64,000 bases of DNA from NCBI RefSeq assembly GCF_009914755.1, contig NC_060932.1. One strand, given 5' to 3'. The DNA is from the human T2T-CHM13v2.0 reference genome, Homo sapiens. Under the pieces are notes generated by a model. The model was given only the letters and a program-made list of their open reading frames with translations. It searched no databases and had not been told where the DNA came from. The translations under genes and the position numbers were made by a program. Of this stretch, positions 33,681 through 49,500 are shown piece after piece; the first letter of the stretch is position 1, and each line of letters opens with the position of its first letter.

Positions 33681-35119
33681 GAATAGTTAGATGTACACAC
33701 ATGAGCGTGCACACACATGAGCATGTCTCCGGGAAAAAGAAAGGTAAGTCCAAGGTTAGAATTTATAGTCAAAACCTTGGAAAGGCTTGTATTGGAACAT
33801 AGGAAATGGAACAGCTCACACAGTTGCTGAAGCTGTTTTGATGAACACAGTCCAGTTCGTTTCATGTAGATCTAAGCTCACGCTGTTTGGAAGGAAATTG
33901 CTCACTGCAGCTATGCTTTAGGGGTGTGATCGGAGGGGCTGGCACTGATGGAAAGCTTCTCCCCACCGCTCTGGGAGGAAGCCGGCAGATTGTGAACAGC
34001 TCTGTTCTCACAACTGTGGCAGTGTCGTCTGTTTGTCAGACTCGTGCCCTGAATGCGGCATTTGGGATGTGCAGATGCTTAGCCTGGGATTAGAATTCTC
34101 CTGGCTGCAAAATCGTTTTGCTTCTTACTGATTTCTTACCTTTGGCAGAGAATGGCAGCACAGCAAGGAGAAATTGCTATTGTCTGGCTAAGAGTTATTT
34201 TCAGAGAGTCTTGGAGAGGCTGTCTGTCCCTGAGGGAATGCAGAAGGTGAAGGAAGCCAAGAGGTAATCATTTGGCTTGACAGGTGACATGGGGTGATGT
34301 GGCTGAAGGGCCAGCAGGAGGCTGGGGTCTCCAGGAAGAGCTTTGTAAACAGAAACTTGCTTTCACTTGAAAAATGCTGTGCGTACTTCTCCCTGCACAT
34401 CAAAAAGGACAAACTGAGCTGCAGAAGGCCTAGGGAAGGGCCAATGCAACAGTCAAGGGCGTGGAGATCGGGGAAGATGGGAAGCATTAGGATCTTCAGT
34501 CCAGAGTGGCAGAGGATGAGGATGGAGAGGACAGATCTCTGAAACAAAGGAAGGGAAAGGGTGGAGTGCATGGGCTTGGTCACGAGATTCCTGGATATCA
34601 AACCCTTGAAGGTTTAGAAAGGTCATTTTAGAAAAATAAATAAATAAAGCGTGGATTTTTATGGTGAACAGTAAACTTGGGAAAGTTTTAGACAAACTCA
34701 ATCAACATGATTAGAAATGATAAATGTTGAAAATATTAATACAGGCAGGAAGGGTGTAGACAAATCTCTCTACAGTGCACAAGGCTGGTTTCATCTATTC
34801 ACATCCCTTGCTAAGGGGATGGTCCTTTCTAGGCTTCTCCTGCCTAACTAGCTTGGCTTCAGTTTGCCCTTCCCGGGCCCCACGACCAACTGGACTAGGC
34901 GGGGGCACCTAACCCAAGGGCAGCCAACTCTATCCTATTGCTATTTCTTTTTTTTCCCCACGCAATCCTGCAAGGTGTTGACAGACCACTCTCCCTCAGA
35001 TATCAGTTTTATCAAACCTTTTCCTGAAACAGCTATACCTCAGACAATCCCAAGACATAAACAAGAGCATCCTCAGTACCTGGGACAGGGCAAGGCTTAA
35101 CCCTCCTAAGAGTTAACTC

Positions 35120-35330
35120 TTCATGACACCTACTGTAGGCTGGGAACTCTGCTAAGTGCTTACCTTACATCACATAGCACATTTAATTCTCATAGCTCAA
35201 TAAGGCAGCAACTATTTTTAATTCCATCTCACAGAGGAGAAAGTCAAATTGAGAAAGATTAATGAACAGCTAGGATTGGAGCTCCGGTCAGTCCAACTCC
35301 TGAGCCCAAGCTTTAACTCTATACTTTAGC
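35120..35330 (-). mobile_element. MIR remnant
   Basis: 'cacctactgtaggct...ctaagtgcttt...catttaattctca'. Confidence 0.7.
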
Positions 35331-35469
35331 TCTATGCTGACTCCCAGCAACTCTGACCTCTCTCCTCCACTTGTTTTCCTTTTCTATTCATTCCCATTCT
35401 CTCCAATCATCCCTACCCTTTTCTATGTCATCAAACTTCTGTGACTGGTTGTGAAGCTCCTAAGTGTCA

Positions 35470-35990
35470 TTTAGGGTGCTTTCAGTAAAGTCCATAGAAA
35501 ACAAACTAAAATAATTTAAATAAAGATGATGAGATTTTTTTCCTTCACATAACAAGAAGCTTAGAGGTAAAGAAAATCCAATGTTTTTCTAGCTAATGAC
35601 TCAGCATCAATGACAAGGCTCTTTCTATCTTTCTCTTCTACCATCCTTTGCTTGTTGGCTAGCTCCCCTCAGGCTCACAAGATGGCTGCAGCAGCTCTGG
35701 ACATCACATCCTTAAATCCTAGTTTCAGAGAAAACAAACATGGCTCCTTTCTTGTGCGTTTCCCTTAAATAATGAAGAAATATTTCTCAAAGTCCCTAGC
35801 AGATTTTTCCTCACATCTCATTGGTCAGGATTCGGTCACATGGCCATGCTAAACCAATCACTGGTAAGAAAGGTGGGATAACTGTTATTTTTAGACCAAC
35901 TGAAATATATATGACTCGACAAGGGGACCAGTGAACAGAAGAACAGAAATCAGAATTCTGACAACATAACAGAAGGCAGAAGTCTTTGTG
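35470..35990 (-). mobile_element. MLT1J/K-like LTR
   Basis: 'cacaagatggctgc', 'ctcattggtcagga...gtcacatggcc...aaccaatcactgg'. Confidence 0.7.
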
Positions 35991-36226
35991 AGGTAGGTGA
36001 CAATAGTTATTTTCTTTTGTTCCCAGCAAACATCTTCTGCTTCAGTCAGCGTCCTTGCACGTGACTCATTCATTCTTGCCTCATTAATTTCTCATACTGT
36101 CCTTTCCTTCCTAGACACTTTCTACCCCGTCAATCCCCAAGATGCAGCCCGGGTCTCTTCATAACTGTTTCTCTGACGTTTAATCCTTACTAACTTCCTC
36201 TCTGAACTTTCTTATATTTACTGTGA

Positions 36227-36539
<313 letters not shown>

Positions 36540-38521
36540 TACTGTGAGTGACTTATAATGTAGCTATTAGCTGTTATGAAATTGTTATCAGGATTTACTG
36601 CTGTTTCTCAAAAAATAACACATTTGAGAAACTTGATTGGGATAGAAATTAGGATAGATGACCTTTAAAGAGACTTTCAACTCTCATATCTTATGACTGC
36701 ACAAGTCTACAATGACTAGTCTCTCTCCTTTCAGACTGTTCACTCATTGAGGACAGGGTCCAAGCCTTTGGGTCTTTATGTGTTCAACAGCATACAACAT
36801 GGTGACTGATGCATTTTGGGAATTCCGTAAATAATCATTGATTGACTGACTGGTCAATGGATGCTCTAAACACCACTAATTCACTACTCAAGAGATTCTC
36901 ACTGGCTTTGGGCATGAACTCTCCTAACTAGATTCAAGCAGGTAGTTGATAATTTGTTTTTCTGTCATGGCTGGATCTTAATGTTGGTATGTGCCCTAGA
37001 ATATAGGTGATTTGCCCAACGACATTTGGACACCTGGTGAAAGGTGGAACACAGACAAGTGAGCAGGTGTACAGAGCGAGAAAAAGAAGGTGTTCTGGAA
37101 GTGAGCTCAATAAACACCCACACAGAAACAGCGAGCACAGACCATGACAGAGAGTCATGGGTGACAGCACAGGGAAAGAGCCTTAGGTGATCTAGAATTC
37201 ACCAGAGAGGGTGGAGCAGATCCCGCTTGAGTGTGACTCCAGGCCAGGAGGGTTAGGCATATTTAATATACTCATGTAGGTAATGTTCCTAAAAACAGAA
37301 GATCAAAGGTGTTCAATCCACTTGATTGGTAAAGACATTCAGGAAATAAAGAAAGCATTCCAGTGAGCATGAGATTAAAATATGGGGAAACACCAGTCTG
37401 GCATAGATGTCCCCTGCCTGTCTCCTGTAATTCCCAGCATGACCTATCCCAACACCTGGCATGCTTCATAGCAATGGTCTGTTTATGTGTCTGACTTTGC
37501 CCATATTGTGAGATCTATGATGGCAGAAGCCTGCGTCGTTCATCAACATATCCCCTGTGTCTCTTGGATGAAGAGACCAAGTATCCACTTGGCTCTAGAC
37601 AGGATATGTGGTTGTCACTGTGACCTCCGTAGGCTTCATCTGCCCTTCCGGGGCACTTAGCACCCTCCCTGGGACTCCTGTTCTCCTCTGTCCTCAGATA
37701 CAGAAGCCACCCCATAGGGGATTCGATGTCCTTAGAGAATATGGAAGCCCCATTGCCCAGATGAGGAAACCAAGGCTCAGATCAGGAAAATCAAGGGAAG
37801 CAGTGAATCCACAGCACATCTCGAATCTCAGCTGAGACCACCTCTACATCCTCACTCTCGTTGCTAGGCAGCACTGCCTCAGATTTTCAAAGTTTGCTGA
37901 AATTCTAAAATAGATCACTTAAATTGGTTTGCTCACTTTTAGCTTTATGGAGGGTGGAACTTAAAGGAGGTGAGTTAATACTTCATCAGTACTCTTACAG
38001 ATAAGCTTTTATTTCCACAATGACATTGGTGAAGAGACGTAGATAGTAACATGAGTAGTACAGAGGTGAGGGGTAGGGGGAGGCTGACAGAAAAGAGGAG
38101 CCCAGTGGACCTGCTGAAGCCATTGTTCCCCTTCACTGCTCATTCAGTTCCGCTCCTTAGTTTGGCGTTTAATGTCCTTCCTGATCTTTGCCTCACCTGC
38201 TTTGCTGGCCATGTTTTTCCTAAATAATAATAATAACACAATTAGAATTTTCACATAACTTTCGCATTCACTCTTAATTTGATCCTGCTGATGACTGTAT
38301 GTATCAAGGAGTAGGAGTTGTCCAGCAGGAAAAATCCGGGGCATGGCAGCCTGTTGACCTTGTTGAGGTCAGTATGAAGCCCTGCCAGAGGCCACCTCTT
38401 CTAGGTCTTGTCTGGGGCTCTCCCCCAAAGCGCTGGTCTCCGTACACACCTCATTCACTCATTCTGCATCATTGTCACCACTCAGAATGCACAGCTGGGT
38501 GAATCCTTCCTTAACTCCTTG

Positions 38522-38826
38522 ATTTTTAGTTAGAGACAGGGCCCTACTCTGTCACCTAGGCTGGAGTGCAATGGCATGATCACGGCACACTGCAGCCTCA
38601 AACTCCTGGGCTCAAGTGAGCCTCCCTTCTCAGTCTCCTAAGTAGCTGGGACTACAGGCACATGTCACCACACTCAGCTAATTTTTATTTTTTTATTTTT
38701 TGTGGAGATGGGATCTTGCTCTGTTGCCCAGGCTGGTCTCAAACTCCTGGCCTGAAGTGATCCTGATCCTCCTGCCTCGGTCTCCCAAAGCGCTGGGATT
38801 ACAGGTGTGAGCCAGTGCACCTGACC
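38522..38826 (-). mobile_element. AluJ
   Basis: Diverged dimer. Confidence 0.88.
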
Positions 38827-39931
38827 CTCTCTCCTCAACTCCAAATTCAAGTCCCACTTACTCCATAAAACCTTCCCTGAACACTCTGGCCCTCTCTAAG
38901 TCCCCGCAACTTGAACCTGTCCCAGTGGCCCCACCTTATGATGGGCTGCCTTGGACTACTTGGTGACTATGATGTGTTCATATCTGTCTCTCCTGAGCAT
39001 GTCGGATACAACATGCCTTGATTTTTTTTTACCCACAGAGCCATTGTCAGTATCAGTTGGTGACTGACAGCTCCCCTAGGGTTGTGACAAGGAACGTGAG
39101 TCAGACTGGCATGCACCAAACATGAAGACTCAGTCTGCTTGGTGGAACCCAACTAGCCCCAAAGACCCCCTGCTTGCCTAACGTCTGGCAAAATTACAGC
39201 TGAGACTGGGAACTCGAATTTCATTAATGTTTTCTATTAAAAGCACCATTTCCCATTAGTATTTGGAGGGTAATTGATCTCTAGAAGTGCAGCTCAGGGC
39301 AGGGCTGAAGGTGTTACCACAAAGGGGGAATGACTTCATAAGTCTCCCACTGAGCTGCCACAAAGCCAAATGAAAATATCTCCAGTTCCCTGGGGACCAG
39401 TAAGGCTATTAGATTAGAGCTCAGGTGAAGACTATTTGATGAGTCAGTCTTCAGAGGAAAAGCCACGGTTGTAATAGCATTGGCTTGCCAAAGATAAAAC
39501 AGAATTTAAAAACCAGGTAATTTTAAAAGCCCCAAATCAAAGGTTGAGATACTTTATAAACTTTGAACAGTGCCAAAAGAAATGCCTGATCGTTTATTAC
39601 ATCTGGAAAAGAGTGTGTTTACAATGAGTAAAGAGGAATTCATGTAATTTTCATATTTTATGACTATCAATTCACTGAAGTAATTATACCCTCATTTACT
39701 TATTCTCTCAAAAATGGTATTTTTTAGGATTTTCTCTGTGCCAGGCACTACTCAAAGGTTTGTGATAAACTCTTATGGGACACTATGCTTACATACAAGT
39801 AACTCCTGTTCCAGTAGATTGTTCTTATGTAATAAGCAAAAGATATTTCCATTTAACAAAAGAAGAAACAAAATTTCAGACGAACTTGGTGAATTTCCTA
39901 TGTCACGTCTCAAATAATTAAGAAAGCCTTT

Positions 39932-40233
<302 letters not shown>

Positions 40234-41337
40234 AAAGCCTTTAAATAACTGTTGTGAGAATCTTCCCTCAAACCTTAACAACAGTCCCCAAAGATCTATA
40301 TTTTATCACATAAGTCAGTAATTATCAACTTGATACTTCTATTCTCTCTCCCTGAATCACAGTAAATCTTGAAGTCCACAAAAAATGGAAGTCTTGAATT
40401 GAGGTCTGCATGTCTTCAGAATTCAGGATTATATGGCCAAACTCTGTTGCCTCCTCCTGTGCCGTGGGGTACAAGATGGTTAGCCTGAGAACCCGTGCAT
40501 CCCAGATTTATGTGCACAAGTCATTTTTTATACAGACAAGAAACTCTTTCCTTGCACCAACAGAGCTAATCTTAGGGTCAGGAATATTCCTGAAGAATCT
40601 GGCAAAGACTCAAAGCTGGGGCGCTGGGTAGCTCATTTGAAGGTTGCATGAGACTAAATTTATTCCTCCCTCATGCTTAATTGGAGCATTCATTTCCCCG
40701 TTCTGGCTCCCTGATCTGAAAGAAACATCTATTACTGACATAGAGGAACAAAAGGACGTCTCCTCCAATTTGTTAATTATGTTCTGTTCTGTGAACAACA
40801 ACAGGAGAATCAACCATTGAAAAGAGGAAAAAAAAACCAACTCCTGGTCCTTCTGTGAGGGGTGTGTCATCTGTATACAGGAAGAGATGGAGCTATCTCT
40901 TTAAACAACGAATATGTTGAGTTTTGGTGGGCTTTGTCAGTTTCATTTCCGCACATTGGCTCTAAGGGGCACACACGTAGCAGCTTGATTTGGCTGGGTC
41001 CCAGCGGCATTTTCATACTTGTAGGTGGAAGATGAGGAAGCCAAGCGGAGAGGAAGTGAGGGGCTCTGTATTCACAGATGATGACTTACTCCCGAAATGA
41101 ATAATGTGATGGTTTCCAATGCTGTGTACCTGATTGATCTGTCCTTTTCTTGTCTTCAAGAATTCATGTATAAATGTTTTAGAAGATTGCTAATGTCATG
41201 CCAATGAATCTCTTCAAGTGCTCTTTTTTGGGGAATAAATAGCTATAGTCTCTTCTGCTTCGATGTTGCTCATCTTTTCTGATGGCATTGTGTGGAATCA
41301 ACGGGCAACATTTCAACTTCCCGCATGCAGACACGAA

Positions 41338-41396
41338 CCACACACACGCATACACACACACACATACACACAGACACACACTCTCACTCTCTCTCT
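41338..41396. repeat. Imperfect (CA)n-(CT)n microsatellite
   Basis: Seen directly in the sequence. Confidence 0.85.
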
Positions 41397-41460
41397 GTTT
41401 AGAATTTTTTGCCCTCTAGCCTACTTTTTAAGGAGGCTCTTACCTAAGGATGGGCTTAAA

Positions 41461-42071
<611 letters not shown>

Positions 42072-42389
42072 GGCTTTCACTTTTTTAAAGCCTTACCTGT
42101 CTATTAACTTTCCTCAAGTGCATTCTTTTTAGACAACGGCAAGGCTGGAAATACAAAGGCTTTTTTTGTTTCAGCTCAATGCTGGGCATAAAACAGGCAC
42201 TCATACTGTTAGTGAATGGAGGCCCCTGCCTGGGGAAACTCTTCCTTTCCTAAGCCGTAAGCAATAGGAAGCCTTACTCTTAAAAGAGAGGCACTACTAT
42301 AGTGATTTGGGAAAGACTGTTGAGGATTACAGCTCAATCAACAGACAGAAGAACTCCATCTTAAGCAGAAGGCAATGCTAGTTTTATCT

Positions 42390-42600
42390 CTGAGGACCAA
42401 CACTGTAACCTTGAACGAGGTTAAATTAACCTTGCTTAAATTTTCTGAGCCTCCATGTCCTCATCTGTAAAATAGGAACAATATTATTGCTTAGCTTGGA
42501 GAGCTGTTGTGAGAATTGGATGATACAAGCATGTATAGCGTGTATAGCACAGAGCCAGGCATATGAAAAACACTCTATAATTGAGCTCTTATAATTATTA
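42390..42600 (+). mobile_element. MIR remnant
   Basis: 'tctgagcctcca..tcctcatctgtaaaat...gttgtgagaatt'. Confidence 0.8.
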
Positions 42601-43494
42601 TAATACTCTGATAATTATTACAGTAACCCAGAGGCCTTCTGGTGGGGTAGAAAGATCACTGGCTTAGGAGCCAGAAACTGGGGAACCCGCATTTAAAGTA
42701 TCATTCAAAAGGTAGCTGTGCCTATTACTGATTTCACGTATGATGTCCCATTCCCCAATGCAATTTAAATGGCAGTGGTGTTACACACATTCTCTCTCCC
42801 CACTAAGACGTGAGAAATAACGGGGAAAAGTCAAAGTTTGACAAAGAGTGTTTCCATTTAATTTATGGAGTAGGCTACCTTTATGACCTTTTTTTTTCTT
42901 AAAATGCTTGGGGCTGAGTTGGAGAAAAGCTAATAGGAACATTTTCTGAGGAAAAGTGTTCTACAAGCTTCACTGGAAGAAGATGGACCATCTTTCTCTT
43001 TTAAAAGGCTTTTTGTGAGCAGCTCCAGATGAGCCACAAAACAGCAAGATCCATCATTTGGGCAGGATGGTTTTGCAAGGACCCTCCAGCCCTAACCGTA
43101 GCCCTAAATGGCAATCTCTACTTATGTGGGACAATTTCATAGAAAAAGAGGAGAAGCAAAACCACTTTTCACAGAGTCTCAGTTTCTTACTAGATCTATA
43201 GAGAGCTCCCAAACTTTAGAAAAAAAGATAATAGAACGTTTCAATGGTTTTTATGATGACTTCCTTCCATTGCTTATTCCTTATTTTTACTCAGCATGTC
43301 TACACAGCATACGGCTATTTCCAACCTCATTCTTCTACCTAATATTATGGTGTATATATGTTTTCACAAATTGGCAGAGCTTACGCATTCATCATTTGTA
43401 ATATTCCTCAGCTGTGAGATTTCCTACATGTCATAAAACTAGAATTATTGAATGATAAAGCTAGATAGATAGCTATATTATATCTCATAAAAGC

Positions 43495-43860
43495 CAACTT
43501 TTATGAAACCCTTACTATGTGTCAGGCACTGTGTTAAATGCTTTCCATACTCATTTCAAGTAACCATCCTAATAGTCCTATGAGGTAGGTCCTACCAAAC
43601 TTTCCATTTCATAGATGAGGAAACCAAGGCTAAGATGGCTAAATGGCTTGTTCAGAGTCATATAGCTACCAGGGCTGAAATGCAAACCTACACTAAGCCA
43701 CTAGGCTATGAGCTAGGTACCATATGGTTTTTATGTTTCAGAAGAGGATCCTTAGAGTCCCAAAGAGGTGTGTGAGTTTGCTCAGAGCCACCCAATTAGT
43801 TAGTGGCCATCAGGGCTGGAACCCAGTTTTCTGGACTCTAAGGTCCCTGATCTTTCCATT
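43495..43860 (-). mobile_element. Two MIR remnants
   Basis: 'cttactatgtgtcaggcactgtg...atagatgaggaaaccaaggc' and a second copy at about 43720-43860. Confidence 0.75.
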
Positions 43861-45408
43861 GTATACCTCATTCTGCCTCTCAGCATGAGAGGTGGGGCTC
43901 CTGTATCTTTTTGAAGCTCTCCTTTTCCTTCTCATGTTTGCAAAATTCACAGTGAATACTCTCATGTAACTGAAAATTAAATTTTTATGTAAATTACTTT
44001 TGACAATGGCACAGCTCCTGTTTTTTTCATTCCTGCTCCTTAAGTCATATTCTCTTGGGGAAGTCTACATTTCCCAAATTTTTAGGTTCAGAAAGTTCAC
44101 TTGAAATCCACAAGAACTCTCCTGGAATCCTCAAATGACAGCTCTCAGGCACCAGATTCCCCTGGGACAAGAGAACTGTCCACTCCAGTTGATCAGTTGC
44201 TAGGGCTTTGTCTCTTTAGGAAGCAGAAGAAAACCCACATGTCCTCCCCATAATAGAACCTAAATGGAGAAAATGATCAGATAAGAAATGCACCCAGATT
44301 CAAATTAAGTTTAAACAAGCTAAACAATCTTGTTTTCAGCCTGTTCCTTCTACATATAGTCCTGGCAGATCCTTAAACAAATGGTCTCAATGTGCATTAC
44401 CCACACCTGTCAAAATCGCATGTGATCCTAGCCAATCCAGATATCACTGTTTGCATGCCATGAGGAGAGTGATGGATGAGACCTGTTCCTTGTGTGTGGC
44501 ATTGTTTATTTACTTTCCAGATGAATTCAGATTACGAGAAGCCTCTGGAATGGTTGTTATCCCTGTAATCTAATTTACTGCTCTGTGCACCTGATACGTT
44601 CTTTACCTTAGGTAATGTTAATTTTATTCTTCTGTGCGCTAAGCCTGGTGTTCACAAAAAGCCATAAGATGTAATTTATTTCTCCCCACTTGCCTTCTAA
44701 ATATTAATTCTATTGAAAAATGGTTAAATAGATTATGTAAATCATGGTCATTGCAACCACTTTAAAGGTTAATCCTGCCATCATGTAGCCAGATAATTAA
44801 TTTGAATTCGCTTCCAAGCACTAACTCTCAGGAAAGCCAAGGTGTAATGGGTTGGAGTACCCTATTATGGAGGTCACTGTGTGCCTGCCTGTGATTAAAT
44901 TTGGAAGAAACAAATCTCAAAGTTTTGAGAACAAAAGTTCCTTCGGGCCATCGAAGAGCCCAGCACATCATAGGATTGGAATCACACTTTGTCCGGAATT
45001 TTAGGAGATAGGTTTTACTGACACGTCTTCTGCTTCCTTGAGTTTTCTTAAGTGCCACTTCCTTTATTGGGAAGCCAGGCATGGTTTGGTTTCAAGGATT
45101 CTGGGGCAGTCCTGCTGCTCCCAACAAAAAAACTTCACCCACTTTCCAAAAATTACAGCCGGAGGAGACCTTATCAGATGTTGTCATAGCTTCAACTGTC
45201 TGTTGCCACACCTTACGCCTGAGCACACCCACTGATCAGTCATCCATCCAAGGGTGTCAGCCACCAGCCTGGGTTGATAGAAGATCCCTCATTGCAAGCT
45301 GGCTTGGAGGATCTTCCCCTCTGGTTCATCCTCCTTAGTCAGAGGTGGGGCCGGGTGATGTACACTTGAAGCTTATTCAATTTTTCAGGCCTTCTTTAAG
45401 AAAAAGAG

Positions 45409-45759
<351 letters not shown>

Positions 45760-46490
45760 TTAGAATGTGAAAATAAACCACAGTCATGAATTTTAAAAAG
45801 CTAACACTGTAAACATCACTGAAGCCATAAAATGACACTATTTTATTTTTTAATTTCCTGACATGCCTTTATAATACATTTTTCCTAATTTTCTGACTGC
45901 CTACTCTTTGGTCGCGTCTTTGTATGACAGCAATTTTGTAATACCATTTTCTATAGAGAGAATAGGAAGATAATTTTATCTTTACCATAGATCATCAAAA
46001 TTTGTTTCTTACTATTGCTAGGTTGAATAAAAGATACCAACTTTACACAGCCATACTTGCTATTTTTAATACAGTTTCAGATTTAGGCCCTACAAAAAGA
46101 GGAATTCTGATCAATTCGATTTCATGTAATTTCCATCAAAAAAGAAAAAAATGTATATTTAAGGTGAGTTTATAGTTGTATATGTTGCATTATCGAGTAT
46201 CTCCCTGACAAGAGAGAGCTTCAATTTTGACTAGGCATTGATGCGGACCAAGTCATTCTCTACTTCAATTTTACTCATGTGATGATTAGAACTTTCCTAG
46301 ACTAGCTTGGCTCCAAACATCTCAAAGCTTATTTCTTCTCCACTATCCAGATACTTTCCTGCCAGTTGTGGTGAATTCATTTATATTCTGATGCAACTTC
46401 TGGCCTTGTATCTTAAGTTATGATGCTAAGTAAGTCAGCACAGTCAGTGTTAGGTATATTTCTGGAATTATTCCTCCACTGAAATGACTA

Positions 46491-46829
<339 letters not shown>

Positions 46830-46831
46830 CT

Positions 46832-46833
<2 letters not shown>

Positions 46834-46879
<46 letters not shown>
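46834..46879. repeat. Perfect (GT)23 microsatellite
   Basis: Seen directly in the sequence. Confidence 0.97.
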
Positions 46880-46881
<2 letters not shown>

Positions 46882-47869
46882 CCCCTTAAACCCAGACTAA
46901 ATGTATCCCCAACTCAAATTCCCCTTATCCAGCCCACGACCATTGCAGAGCCACCTGCTAGATGGGGAAGCAGGAGAGAAGGGAAGTTGTAATGAAAAGC
47001 CATTGACCTCCCCTCCAATTAAAACATCCCCCCTCCAATTTTGTTCTTCCTATGATCATCTGGATACATTGTTAGCACCTTTTTTTTATAAGCCCTGGAA
47101 AGGGGCCTTTGGGAATGACTTTCAAACTTCACTTTGACAGTCTCTCTGCCTCTATTTCTATTTCTCCATGGTGTCTAGTGGTTTCCCGTCTTCCTTCTGC
47201 TGCAGGCACCTAACCCTACTTGTCAAATTTTGAGCACCAAATTACATCTCTGCCTGCTTGAGCTCATTTCTTTTTGACTTTTCTATTGGATTACTTCTCT
47301 TGTCTACAAACCTCTCATTCTCTCTAATTATCTAGAACATTCCAAAGTGTCCCTCAAATTTTTTACCTTTTCCAGAAGCTGATATTTGTCACTGAAATCC
47401 ACTGCTTCCATGATTTGTGGATATCTCAGGTGGGTGACACACGACACAGACTCTGCCTGCTGGTCACCTGCATGTTCGTCCAGGGTTTCTCCCCTACCAG
47501 CCTAGCTCAAAAGCCCTCTCGTTTGATCCCAAGGAATTGCTACAGCACATGCTGTTGGGGTGCCTGGTGTGGGGCTCCTAGAGGGCTCCTTTAAGCCTGC
47601 CTCTCCCTCTCTGGTAGTTGTAACTAGAAAGGGTATTCAGGAAAAAACACAAATTTCTCTCTAGGTCTTCTCAGCCTCCTTACCAGGCAGCAAGAGCTGA
47701 GAGAACTTGGAGTAGAATATTCTAAACCTTGCTCCTGTATCTGCTTTCTTGCCTTAAGAGAAAAATCTTTTCCCCCAGATTCTGCTGTCTTTACACTCAT
47801 TCTCATCTTACCGATCTCTTTAAAATTTCAGTCATTCTCGGAGACCATAGGGCAGAACGCAAAGAACAT

Positions 47870-48050
47870 AACATAGGAGTCAAATGGAGCCGAACACTTC
47901 AGTCACTCACGTGATGGCTGTGTGTCCTTGGGTAAGTTCTGTAGCTTCTCTGAGCCCCAACTTCCTTATAACATCATTGAAGTCCTAACAGCTGTGAGAA
48001 TGACACATGATGCCTGCAAATTTCATAAAACAGTGCTTGGTGGTTAGTAG
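47870..48050 (+). mobile_element. MIR remnant
   Basis: 'gctgtgtgtccttgggtaagtt...ttctctgagcc'. Confidence 0.7.
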
Positions 48051-48132
48051 TTGGTTTTGAAAAGGTTATGCTAAAATTCCAGGGTGATACTTTTCTAGGT
48101 AGTCCCTTTTTGCAGGTAGCTTTCAGAGGTAA

Positions 48133-48464
<332 letters not shown>

Positions 48465-48766
48465 TTTTTGTTTGCTTGTTTTTTGAGATGGTTTCTTGGT
48501 CTGTTGCCCAGACTCTAGTGCAGTGGCACGATCTCGGCTCACTGTAACCTCTGCCTCCCAGGTTCAAGCGATTCTCATGCCTCAGCCTCCTGAGTAGCTG
48601 GGACTACAGGTGCCTGTCACCACGCCCAGCTAATTTTTGTATTTTTAGTAGAGAGGAGGTTTCTCCATGTTGGTCAGGCTGGTCTCGAACTCCTGACCTC
48701 AGGTGATCCACTCACCTTGAACTCCCAAAGTGCTGGGATTACAGGCGTGAGCCACCGCGCCTAGCC
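48465..48766 (-). mobile_element. AluSx
   Basis: Full dimer. Confidence 0.92.
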
Positions 48767-48959
48767 TGCCTGCTTTTCTTTTTTGTGAAGAGTATAACAT
48801 ACTTCTCTGGCCCTGTGTGTATTGATCATATCTATAGATGGGGCTGTAAAAATTTTTGGGGTCTGGTGAACACAATTCTGTCGGTTCAGCCACGAAGTGC
48901 CACACAGCCTGACTACAGAGAATAAATATTCATTTGCCTTCCCTTAATTTTAAAAGAGG

Positions 48960-49500
48960 TTGATATTATTACGAACAAGCCCACTGGTGACAGCACAAAC
49001 ATCAGCATTGTCTGCTGGGTGAGGCGGCGGCGGAATGTTCTGCACATCTCGTCTCGCAGGGAATGTTCCAAGCATTCAAATGCAAATGAGCACCGAGCCA
49101 GCCTCCACTGATTTGCATTCGCTCTCCGGAAACCTGGTTTTTCCCTCTCAAATTTACGTTATGTGCAGATACGATACTGCACTGATGGGGCCAAAATAAC
49201 GTTTTGCCTTTTCCACTCTGTCCTTTTTATCTGGTTTTGCAAATAATCCCCCTAAACCCCATTCTTTCACTATATTGTTTAATTTTGCCCTCATTTTGCC
49301 AAAATTCCCTTGTGCTGTGCTCCCGCCAGCCCAGCCATCCACTCTGGCTTCATTCTGTTTCCCAGCTCGCTCGGTGCTTTTCCTTCTCCTGTGGGATTTT
49401 GCAGCTGTTCTCTTGCATTTTTTTTCCCACCGTGACCTCTTGCCCAAGTTCTACAAAAAGCACGTGAGAGGCAGCCGATAGTGGACACATGTGGAGGACC
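48960..49500. promoter_or_regulatory. Candidate enhancer (POU octamer pair, TEAD-like and ETS motifs)
   Basis: Repeat-free, locally CpG-rich; ATGCAAAT 49080-49087, ATTTGCAT 49111-49118, GGAATGTTC twice, CCGGAAA. Confidence 0.5.

Noticed and set aside
33375-33865. Leu/Ser/Phe-rich ORFs resembling membrane proteins
   Set aside because: Antisense reading of the GA-rich low-complexity tract.
49031-49080. Heat-shock element (nGAAnnTTCn twice)
   Set aside because: Only two-unit arrays, and the third TTC is one base out of register.
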